Positions 11,647 through 21,908 of a stretch of DNA of 64,000 nt are shown here, in pieces. The position numbers were made by a program, and so were the translations under genes. The first letter of the stretch is position 1. Each line of letters begins with the position of its first letter. The stretch spans positions 2,914,001-2,978,000 of the forward strand of contig NC_134025.1 in assembly GCF_964204645.1 (NCBI RefSeq), given 5' to 3'. The notes under the pieces were generated by a model. That model saw nothing but the letters and a program-made list of their open reading frames with translations, did not search any database and was not told where the DNA came from. Source of the DNA: Tubulanus polymorphus (lineage: Eukaryota; Animalia; Nemertea).

Positions 11647-12629
11647 TCTTTTACCTAGTCCAGCCAATTCTTATGGGTACTGATAAAACATCCTCATAAT
11701 CCTTATAATTCATAGGCACAAAACTTCGAAATAAATATTTTTGCGATGAAAGAAGATACTGGTATCTGTCACTGATTTTTGCGAGGACCAAGCAATAATG
11801 ACATTATAACAGGATTTTAGTATAAATATCTATATTTATTTTTCATACATTCTTTTCAGATATTTCAAATATAAATTTATAGACCGGAGAACCATACACC
11901 ATTTACATTCAAATCTACACATCATACCAGTTGATTTTCACACATTTAAAATCACAAATTGGTGTCACAGAAATGAGCAAATTTTAATTAGCACTGGAAC
12001 AAGTGAAATTGTTAAAAGAACTCGAAATTTTTAATCCAAAGTCTAGTAAATTTTTGCAAATGGACTATCTACTCTTACTACAAATCATTCGTTCAGGATA
12101 TGTTTTATAGGTTTGCACTTTGAACATGAATAGAGTAGTGAACCTTTATGATTCAGAGACATCTGCAGAAAAACAAATAGGCAGCTGAACGTAATCAGCA
12201 GTGAGCAAGATATATTGAATTGAAACACGCAACTAAAAGGATAGCACTGAATACTTGCCACCACGTGTTATAATATACATTGTCTTTTTATTCAAAATAG
12301 AATTTTCAGAGCACCGAATGCTTTCAATTGTGACCCCAATTTCTTCGAGCAAAAAAAAAAGACGGGCAGCAAATTACTGATCAACTGGCGCTTTATATCA
12401 ATCATCCATCAAAAATAAACACCATTTATATCCATGATGACAATACTCGATATCATTTGAATCGTGATTTTTTCTAATCATTTATGATTAATTAGCATTA
12501 TGATAGTATATGGCTACTACTTAACAACGATACAGTTTGACAGTAATATTGTTCATCTTTTCATCATTGGAAGCATCCATTTTTACTTCATTGTTCAACC
12601 AATACTCAATCCTAAGTGGTGAACTATTG

Positions 12630-14928
12630 TCATTTGCCAAATCGCTGATGTGAAGAGCTGTAACACTGCAGGTGGTTTAGAAACGACTGATAATCAATGT
12701 TTAAATGGGAAGGGTGTGATCTGCAAAGAAATTTCATTCAAATACATGTGAAATCCTTATAATTCCTGAGCAGCTGCAATTAAATTTGATTGAACTATAT
12801 TGCATCAAACTTACTGAATTTGGCTAAGCCGTATTTGCCATGGCAGATAACCATACATTACTTGTGGTTTACCAAATCTGATTATCAAATCTGGATCTTG
12901 ACATCCATGGTGTTCTGAAATTGTCCAAGAAACCTCAAGGGTTAATATATTGGTTTAAGAAAATAAGGAATTAAAAGACCAATTAAGATTTTGCTATGTG
13001 CTTATGATGATTACCTATTAATAATTTATTTATAGTGTCTGGCACGATATCATTCATTCTAAACTGACTTTTTGAAACCATTGAACAAAGTTTCCTCGCC
13101 GTTTCACCGAGATGTCTCTGTCCATCTTCGAGTGAGAATAATTTTATATTTGATTTACACGGTGAACGGCAACCTGAATAACAAAAATAGAATCAAAATC
13201 AGCTTAACCCTTTCAGTGCTGGTCGTCACTAAAGACTTGTTCCAGATCACGTTCAATCGTGTGGCGCGAGGAATGCTTCATCAAGATCATATGACATTCG
13301 CTCTGTTGTTAGCTAGAATACATCTGAAAGGCTCCACGAGGTCTTCAAAATCTTTTAGAATAGGCGTAGGCGTAGGCATTACCGGTGGCTGCCCAGTACC
13401 TTTATCTGATTAACCCTTTCAGTGCTGGCTAATTAATACCCTATAGTGCTGAAGATAATTTGAAAATTCTGAAAAATTCCGCCCTAGTGTGTTGAATAAC
13501 GGGCTGACCGCTTTAGTGCGTCTACACCGCGGCGCGGTGTATCGTTAGTTACTAATATCTCACTATGTTTGACAGGTGCTGCCATCTTTCAATAGAGATA
13601 ATTAGTAATTACTAATTAAATCAATACACCGCAGTGCGGTGTACTAGCAAAATCCATCACTGATTTGTACACCGCACTGCGGTGTAGACGCACTGAAAGG
13701 GTTAACCATCTGTAAATGGGTTCGGCTCGTTGTAGGCCTACTGTAATCTAAGGCTTAACCATCCTCCCTCGGCAGGGATTCGAACCTGATGGCATCGCTA
13801 CACTCAGCCATGGCACGAACCCCTGCCACAGTAGACCGGGTGCGCAGGTACATGCGCAGCTTTGCCGCACGAAAACTTGCGGCACCAATCAGATTGCTTG
13901 TTGTATAATCACTGAGGTAGATTTCATGGAAGAACTATAAATGGGAAAACCCGGGCTAAAATAAAACGGGATTTCTGATTGGCTAATAATGACATCATCT
14001 AAGCTGCGCATGTAGCTGCGCACTTGGTCTAGTGTGGCAGGGTTTCGTACCGTGGCAATCTCGACGCCATCAGGTTCGAATCCCCGCCGGAGGAGGATGA
14101 GGCTTAACTGGTTTGGCACATGGTCGGACCCAAGGGCCCTATTCCAAACACACTGATCTCGATAAGCACTGTAGAGGGGGACGCCAGCTCAAGCAATATA
14201 ACAAACTGGAGTGGTCTGGGAATTGTACATCCTCACTTGCCCGATCTCATGGGTGGACAGGTTGCCATTTAGCGGCCACCAGTCTATGTATTAAGCCAAT
14301 ATCAGATCAGTGTTGATTGGCTAGACAGGGAATTGGAAAATTGAGCAGAGAACTGTTGTCTGTATTTACCATTATGTAACTCTTCATCATTATTTGATAT
14401 AATATACTGTGATCTTGTGTATTTACTACCAATTATATCCTTCTGTTTTTTATGGATTTCATGTTGAAGTAGTGATTTGTTCTTTTTACAAACACCTGCA
14501 AAATGTGAAATATCTATTACATTAATACTATTACATACAAGGCGTCACAAATAGAGCTGAAGTGAATGAAAGAAATAGAGATGAAATGAAAGGCAACTGT
14601 ATAACAACAAGCTTGCTGCAAAAAAGTTAAAACCAAATGAAGACTCACCTTGTACATCGAATATACTGACACATGATATATCCATTGTCATGCTCCATAC
14701 TATGAGACTAGCTAAATCTGCGAAAGATACTTTATCTTCTATAATCACAAAACTCAAATGAAGAGGCAACTTCGACAACGATTTTGCGTCTTTCTTTAAT
14801 TGATCCGAAGTCCATTTTCTCTTCTTGAAAATCTCAAACGGCTTATTTAGCCAACATACATACGACAAGATGAAGTCTTTTATAGAAATGGATAAATGCA
14901 AAAATATCAGAAACAGTTTTAGTATCAT
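12630..14928 (-). CDS. NUS1: Dehydrodolichyl diphosphate synthase complex subunit NUS1 (Nogo-B receptor)
   Basis: Exons 14928-14649, 14495-14370, 13173-13015, 12914-12815, 12720-12630 (251 aa). Motifs [42 protein letters not shown], and the C-terminal cis-prenyltransferase RxG motif (QRFGK*). Confidence 0.95.
13208..13701. mobile_element. TTAA-targeting (piggyBac-like) non-autonomous composite element in NUS1 intron 2
   Basis: TTAA|CCCTTTCAGTGC at 13204/13208 and again at 13410/13414. Right end GCACTGAAAGGG|TTAA at 13690-13705. Internal palindromes TACACCGCnnnGCGGTGTA. Confidence 0.8.
13222..13340 (+). pseudogene. DYNC1H1: Captured fragment of cytoplasmic dynein 1 heavy chain coding sequence
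   Basis: Translates to [39 protein letters not shown], which matches my recollection of DYNC1H1 ([36 protein letters not shown]). No other dynein sequence was seen in the window. Confidence 0.85.
13760..13862 (-). mobile_element. tRNA-derived SINE-like sequence (left arm of inverted pair)
   Basis: Minus-strand Pol III B box GGTTCGAATCC (13776-13786) and an A-box-like CGGTCTACTGTGG. Inverted homology to 14001-14099. Confidence 0.6.
14001..14099 (+). mobile_element. tRNA-derived SINE-like sequence (right arm of inverted pair)
   Basis: A-box-like TGGTCTAGTGTGG and B box GGTTCGAATCC (14073-14083). No complete cloverleaf was found. Confidence 0.6.
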
Positions 14929-15788
14929 TTTGTTCGAAGCCGGAGTAGAGGCACATAGTACGCGTAAAATGGTTGATGTTTCTATATACTACGAACGGTC
15001 CATTATGAACAGGTTCGAATCCCAGAATTATCAATTCATTAGCCTGCTTCTCCAATATCTATTCTAATATTCTGGATATATATTTAGAACCAATAGATAG
15101 GAATAACCTGTTAAATAAGTTTAACATAGAGGAGACGTGATTGTTTCGAAAGATGTATCTCGACGATTTTATGGATTCGAACCCAACTGACTTGTTACGG
15201 CTCGGCGACCATGTGGAGACCGTATGGGTTCGATTCCGCGTTTGATCCGTTCGATCACCTTCGAAAACATTTCTCAACGTGGCCTTAAATTTAATTCATA
15301 TTGATTTCATATGCGAATAACGAAGTTATAAGAAATTCAACTCCATTGCAAAAAGCTAAAACGATAACTTGTTTTTTCAAGTGTCTGATGAAATATCTCT
15401 GATGTCATTACAGATGTATCACGCTTATTGGTCCGTATAGTGACCGGTCGAGCGCCAATTTCAAATTGCGATTGGAGTAGAGCGTCAGGGTTACGTTTTG
15501 AAAATCTTTCATACCTTCATCATTGTAAGGAAACCATTTATATTTTATAATTTTCAAATTTGAAAGAATGGTTCGCATCAATAACGTCGGCATACGGTGT
15601 CCAACCAATTTGTGCAAAAATACAAACAGCAATTTTCGGTGAGAGAGCTCACAGAAGTCAGAAAAAAAGATAACCGGTAATCACCATAAAACGCTTATCG
15701 GGCAGGTGACACTTTTCTCAAAATTACAACTAGAACTCACTTTTTCATTCTGCTTCCAGTCATCTCTGTGGAAATACCCAGCCTTAAA

Positions 15789-16071
15789 ATGTATCCAGGA
15801 TTGTTAGTGTGCCTTATCATTTTGATAATAACCATTCTTAGTAAGTCGTTGAATATGTTTGCTCCAACTTATCTGCAGACTTTCAGAAATTTGCACCATG
15901 TTTGTTTTTTTTTTTGGTTTGTTTTTACAACGCATTTAATACTTTTCAGTAACGTCTTCGATGGCATCGATGAAGTATGTTGAATGTTTCCAAATGTGTT
16001 ACGATATGTTTGGTAAACCATTGGATAGAACTGAATATGACACATGTATGCACGATTGTCGACATGGATAG
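15789..16071 (+). CDS. Small secreted 4-Cys peptide precursor (CxxxC-x15-CxxxC helical hairpin; putative toxin or defence peptide A)
   Basis: Exon 15789-15840 (GTAAGT donor) plus 15950-16071 (TTTTCAG acceptor), phase-1 intron. Product: MYPGLLVCLIILIITILITSSMA-SMKYVECFQMCYDMFGKPLDRTEYDTCMHDCRHG*. Hydrophobic signal peptide and AATAAA ~22 nt after the stop. Confidence 0.8.
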
Positions 16072-16670
16072 ATCCCGCGATTGCATGTGATGAATAAATC
16101 TCTATTAAATCAACTATGGCTATTATTGTTCGTTTTGTCGTGGTACGATTTTTAGTTTATTATATTAATTAGGTCTGGTCCCTCTTAAGATTACTGAGGG
16201 GTTACCGGTACCCCGTGTTTACAATTGTTTTGAACTTTTCTTGAATTTATGCCAATTCTGTCTCATGTCAATTGATGATCAAAATCTCGTTTCAAATGTA
16301 TAGATATGGGCTGCGGCTCATTTCTCTGAATTCTCTGATCAAGAGAGGATTTTGGGTGCAATTGGTGTTTTCCTTCTGAAGTGCGACACGACGACTTTGA
16401 TTGATGGTCGTCTCACTGTCATATCATAATGTTCAAACCACCCTTTCATTTGCGACAAAAATAAGAAATTTATCCGACAAATATGTTTGTATCGTTGTAA
16501 TTTTTATTTCATGTACATATTAGATAAATCTTGCCGAAAATTCACATCAAAGTATCCGACGCGCTTTGACTTCTAGAATCCTGTAAATAACAACTGAGAG
16601 CTGTATATTATTTCATATTACAATAATATGACGTATTAAAACCCATTGAAATCCGCAGAAGAATAATTAC

Positions 16671-16955
16671 CTAAGCCAAGCATTTTGTCATACATTTTTC
16701 ATACTCAAAATTAGAAACTTGACCTTCCTTGCACTCGACAGTGCACGCGGGGAAGACTTTACACCGTCTACATTCAACTGAGGTTGGGTCGACGCACAAT
16801 GAGTCACACTCGGACAAGTCGTACTCTCTAGCCAGCGTAGCGACGAAGAGAGCTGTAACTGTAAAAAAAGAAAGCATTGCAAATGTCTTTAATCAAAACC
16901 CAATTTCCTCGCATTCAATCGATTACTTACAAATCACGAATATTGTAATTTTCAT
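16671..16955 (-). CDS. Small secreted 8-Cys peptide precursor (putative toxin or defence peptide B)
   Basis: Exon 16955-16931 (GTAAGT donor) plus 16858-16671, phase-1 intron. Product: MKITIFVIFTALFVATLA-REYDLSECDSLCVDPTSVECRRCKVFPACTVECKEGQVSNFEYEKCMTKCLA*. TATAAA on the minus strand at 17040-17035, probable 3'UTR intron 16670-16581, AATAAA at 16508-16503. Confidence 0.85.
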
Positions 16956-17034
16956 TGTAGTGGCTTTAGTTGACCAAACCTGATTCAGATGAAATTATTT
17001 ATGTATCTGAATAATATTAATAATGTTAGGCGAC

Positions 17035-17040
17035 TTTATA
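17035..17040 (-). promoter_or_regulatory. Candidate TATA box for peptide B gene
   Basis: TATAAA on the minus strand 80 bp upstream of the ATG at 16955. Confidence 0.45.
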
Positions 17041-17723
17041 GCTGAACGAGTTTCCGGGTATTATCTACGAAATTGTGTTAAACATCAAATATCTATTCAA
17101 AAAGGAAATAAAATGTTTACATTAATGACATTAATGTCATCAATGACTTGTAATCGTCGTGATTAATTCCGTTCTGTGGTGGATTGAAAAAGATTTTTTT
17201 AGCGGTTGAAAAGGATTCTAAAAAGGCGGATTCAAGTTAGGCTAGAGGATGTCATCGCCGCACTGCTGAAAAAAAGAGTGCCGAAATTTAGCGTCCAGCA
17301 AAAACAAAATGAACGAATTTTTACAAAAAGATCTTTCCTGCATAGCGCACAGCTTGCAATTGGTCCTTTTAGATTAGGTAGCGGGTTTAGGAAGTTCGAA
17401 TGGATTTAATTTGTCTCTGGATCCTGGTTAGAATGTTAGGATACTGGGGGTAAGCTTTTCAGTACAGCGCCCAGACAGCGATGTCTTACGCCGATCTTGG
17501 CCACACCGGTGTACAAAACAAGAACAAACTGTGAGATTTTGACCGTCCGCTGCTGCCCCTTTATATTTCAGTAGCGGTTAATATGTGAACTAACTGGACA
17601 GCGCGATATTCCGACTGTGGCATGTGGGTAATAAGGTAGCGCATTTTACCCGTCGAGGACGGTGACCCGGAATCAATAATATTTATCAACTTTTTACTTT
17701 AGTGTTACACTATTTGAAAGAAA

Positions 17724-20700
17724 ATGACAAACTGGCTAATTAACGAAGGACCAAAATGGATTTTCATGGTAAGATGTTGTTTAGTGAATGATCTAATTGG
17801 TTGTTGGCATTGTTGTTGCTTTTTGACATTCTATCTTAACTTATCCATCAATTTCCAATCATCATCATCAAGTTGTTGTTAAACTTAATAATGTTGATTG
17901 CATCTATCATAGATCTGCACATTAGATTGTCCTTTCTTCTAAGGCATAAATAAGCCTATGCAGCTATAGGCTTGACCAATTATCCAAAATTCATGAGGTT
18001 TTGAGAATCCAATCGTGAAAAACCATAGATAGAACTCAATCATGAGTTCTATGGAAAAACTAAACCACAGAACCACTATTGAGTTGGGTTAAACGTTGTA
18101 CAGACGAGGGAATTATTTTTATTGCACGACCCCTATATGTGATAATATTGTCTATTTTCAGTTTGTCTATTATCTTATCAATATGGCTCTGTTTGTGTAC
18201 CACTTCATGTATTACCTGAGGATGCCAGAATATTTCTATCTCAATAAACTGATAGGTGTAAGTCTCATTATTTTGTGCAACAGTTAATTTCTAGCATTGG
18301 ATATTTCTCCAATTATATATGGCATTATGCTGGTAAATGCTATTTTGCTAATACACATAATTTCGAAAAAAATGTTTTTACAATAACGGTTGGAAAAATG
18401 GATGGAGTAAGATCTTAGAATTAGATTTAATTTCTATGGGAAGGTTTAGGTTTAAGGTTCAGTTAAGGGCTATAAGCAGTTGGATCTGATGATCTTGTGG
18501 TGGAATGCTGCACTTGTACACACTAGGTGCAGTATGTTCAAATCCCAATTTTTCACTAATTTCTCTTTGATTCTTTCTTGAATCGAAAGTACACCAACTT
18601 CTTGCTCATGTGCAACGTCAGTTAACCAATCAGAATAAACTATAAGCAAAATAGCAAGAATAATGTCATATCAGAAAAATATTCACTTTCTAAATTTGAC
18701 ACGAAATCGAATGATTGAGTTATGTATATGTTTCTAACAGTACGGTTTACCATTCGCACGCGGTGCTGCAGCCTGTTTGAATCTGAACTGCGCCCTCATT
18801 CTGATACCAGTTTGTAGAAATCTGATATCCTACATCCGAGGCAGTACTCGAGTAAGTTTCAGCGGTGAAATTTTGGCATGTGTTAAAAAGTTTTTTTTTC
18901 CAAAAAAAATTTTAAGAAAAAAAAAAAAGTTTTAAAAAGTTTTTTTTTCCAAAAAAAATTTTAAGCCATCTCGTTTATATTTTCAGCGTTGTTGTAAAAG
19001 AAATATTTTGAGATTGATGGATAAGAATATAACATTCCATAAAGTTGTTGGTTATATGATATGTGTAAATACAGGTAAGACATTTAGTGGTGTGAGATAT
19101 TTGATGACACATGATTTTCATGCGAGGACACAAGATTCTGAAATCTGTTTTGTCTGAATTTCACGTAATCCATGTGTTCACACCGGCTATTATTTGTAGC
19201 TATTCATGCTGGTGCTCATTTTTTCAATGTTGAGAATTTCACGATGGTTTATCAGCTCACAAGTAACGATACTGAACTTCTATCTGCATTAACCAGTTTA
19301 CCTACGTCCATTAACGGCACATGGGTAAATCCAGTTCGAACTCCCAACACGGTATGAAATCATTATTCACATTTGCTGAAAACTTTAACCCTTGATCCCT
19401 CAAATTCCCCTCCAAATCTGAAAATGGGCCTGAAAGTGTATCTAAAGAACGCTTAATTAATAATCAAGTGTTTGCTCAATTTACAATAGGATCCTACTCT
19501 TGAAGCTGTTAAATTACTTCCTGGAGTAACTGGTGTCTTAGCTACATTGGCCTTGATAATAATGGTTTCATCATCAACATTACTCATCAGGTTTGTATCA
19601 AAACGTATCATAAACTTGTTAAAGATAAGTGGCAATAATGAAGTTATAATAAGTCAGTTCATGTTGAAGGAAAATACAATCTATTGGTTATCACTAACAT
19701 ATTTTCTGGTCCTCTGAAGTTTGTTATAATGAGGTTCCACTGTACATCATACCGGTAATTAACTCAGTATAAGGAATCTTTGTGTTCATTTCAGACATTC
19801 TTATTTTGAAATATTCTGGTATACGCATCATTTGTTTGTCATTTTCTACATCGCGATTATAGTCCATGGAATGCAGTGAGTAGAACAGTGTCGTATCTAA
19901 CACTAGTCATGTACGTATTAACAAATTATCCATGGCGAGCATTGATATTTTTAGGGGCGTTGTGAGATCCCAGTCAAACATAGACGTTCATGACCCGACG
20001 ACTTGTTATTTGAAATATAAGGAATGGGCGCCGGGAGCGGAATGTGATGTTCCTCAATTCTCTAATAGCGGTCCTAAAACTTGGCAATGGGTGATACTAC
20101 CAGTTATCATTTACTTCATAGAAAGATGTATTCGATTTTGGCGAAGTCTGCAAACAATAGAAGTATTAAAGGTATGTAATGTAATGTAATGTAATTTATT
20201 TCATCATCAATTATAATTACAAATAGAATTTATAACAAATAAGTAGATTGATGATGAGGGACCTGAACTGAGCCTTAAAGGCTATACAATCACTAAGACG
20301 TTCAGGCCCCCTAGAGAGAAAAAAGAAAATTAATGGTAATGCTAATGATAATAATTATAATGATAATAATAATAATAATGATAATAAATAATGTACCGGA
20401 GTATACTGAATATTTATGCAGCGATCTGCTTCTTGTGCCCAACCCCTTAGATGATCACCTTTAGATTAATAAAGTCTGGAAGATCTGATTTCCCATTACT
20501 CTATTGATCTGTTTATCTTACTTTGTGTTTTTCAGATAATTGACCATCCGTCTAATGTAATAGAACTGCAGCTGAGAAAAGCCGGTTTCAAAATGGAATC
20601 CGGTCAATATATCTTCCTGAAATGTCCCAGTATTTCTCATTTAGAATGGCACCCATTTACTCTGACATCTGTAAGTATCGACTTTTACAGCGAGATATTG

Positions 20701-21908
20701 ATTTCATTCTGTTCACGTATTTATGTGGATTTTCTGAATTTTTTAGGCTCCTCAAGAAGATAGTTTCAGTGTTCATATAAGAATCGTAGGTGATTGGACA
20801 AAGGCTTTAGCAAAAGCGCTGAAATCGCAAGGAGCTGAAGATGAGAGGATTTGGAAAATGCCTCGGTATGTTATTGTGCAGATTCAATAATCAGGCTTAC
20901 ATGTAAAAGTATTTTTTTGAGATGAATATTTTTATCATTTTACAGATTAGCAGTTGATGGGCCTTTTGGTACAGCTACTGAGGTAAAATGTTTGGTAATG
21001 TATTATAATCTCAAATACATCATTCATAGTGCTCAACTATTTTCGATTTTTTTCAGGACGTTTTTCAATATCAAGTTGATGTTTTTGTCGGTGCAGGAAT
21101 TGGTGTTACTCCATTTGCCTCGGTTTTAAAAAACATTTGGTATTAATTCAAATATAGTGACTTATTTAGCATTTCAGCCAGTACTGTGGTGTTAAGATTA
21201 TAAGAATTTTACATGTTTTTATTTGCAGGTACAAATATCAAGAAAACAATGTCGAGATGAAACTAAGAAAAGTCTATTTCTATTGGATATGTCCCGATAC
21301 GGGAGCTTTTGAATGGTTCGCCGATTTATTAACTGAACTAGAACAACAAATGGAAGATCAGGGACTTCATAACTTCTTAAGTTGTCAGATTTATCTAACA
21401 AGGGGCTGGAATTCTAATCAGGTTATTGATATTTGAGTTATTAGAACTGTGAAATATGATATATTCGAAATAAGCTATTTATTTGCTTGATATATAGGCG
21501 AGGAATATAGCCTTACACGCTGATGACGCTCAAGATGTCGTCACTGGTCTGAAACACAAAACTAACTTCGGCCGGCCGAACTGGGATTCAGTATTTTCAG
21601 GACTTTCCGACAAACATCCGAGGTAAATAACAGCGTTTTAAACAGTTTCGATTTTTGTTGTTGTAACGAAACCTGGGGACCATTTCACAGAACGACTTTC
21701 AGCATCGTTAGGAATACTGTATTCAAGTAGTTCTATGTAATGAAGCCCCGGTTGAGGTGAAGTTGATCGAATTTATTTCAGTACGAGTGTTGGTGTGTTT
21801 TTCTGCGGACCGAAAGTTCTATCGACGACGCTGCATAAAATGTGTAATCAATATACGTCGCTTGATGAAAACGGGACGCGATTTTTCTACAACAAGGAAA
21901 ATTTCTAG
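17724..21908 (+). CDS. CYBB: NADPH oxidase, NOX1-3/gp91phox (cytochrome b-245 heavy chain) type
   Basis: 15 exons (17724-17768, 18162-18257, 18741-18851, 18987-19074, 19200-19351, 19490-19590, 19795-19875, 19955-20171, 20536-20670, 20747-20865, 20946-20982, 21057-21139, 21229-21421, 21498-21622, 21782-21908; 569 aa). Motifs [15 protein letters not shown], heme His in TFHK/GAHFFN and YTHHLF/VHG, FAD site [27 protein letters not shown] and terminal KENF*. No EF-hands, so not NOX5 or DUOX. Confidence 0.95.
18317..18671. mobile_element. MITE in NOX intron 2
   Basis: Imperfect TIR ATATGGCATTATGCTGG..TGCTATTTTGCT / AGCAAAATAGCAAGAATAATGTCATAT. Internal GGTTTAGGTTTAAGGTT tract and a degenerate B-box-like GTTCAAATCCC. 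Confidence 0.5.
20175..20395 (-). mobile_element. LINE 3'-tail remnant with microsatellites in NOX intron 8
   Basis: (GTAAT)4 followed by TTTATTT, i.e. a minus-strand AATAAA plus (ATTAC)n tail. Stem-loop GGGACCTGAAC...GTTCAGGCCCC, then (TAA)n. Confidence 0.5.

Noticed and set aside
12160-12260. GC-AG intron in the NUS1 3'UTR (possible NMD switch)
   Set aside because: An acceptor-like TTTTTTCTGCAG and a GCAAGT donor exist on the minus strand, but a non-canonical donor without transcript data is too weak to call.
13072-13413. 113-aa plus-strand ORF as a real dynein-like gene
   Set aside because: It is a chimera of the antisense of NUS1 exon 3, intron, TIR and a 40-codon dynein fragment. There is no true ATG start and no other dynein exons.
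14001-14099. Functional tRNA gene (also B-box-like words near 15013, 15232, 18537 and 34188)
   Set aside because: A B box is present, but I could not build an acceptor stem or anticodon arm. These are better explained as tRNA-derived repeats.
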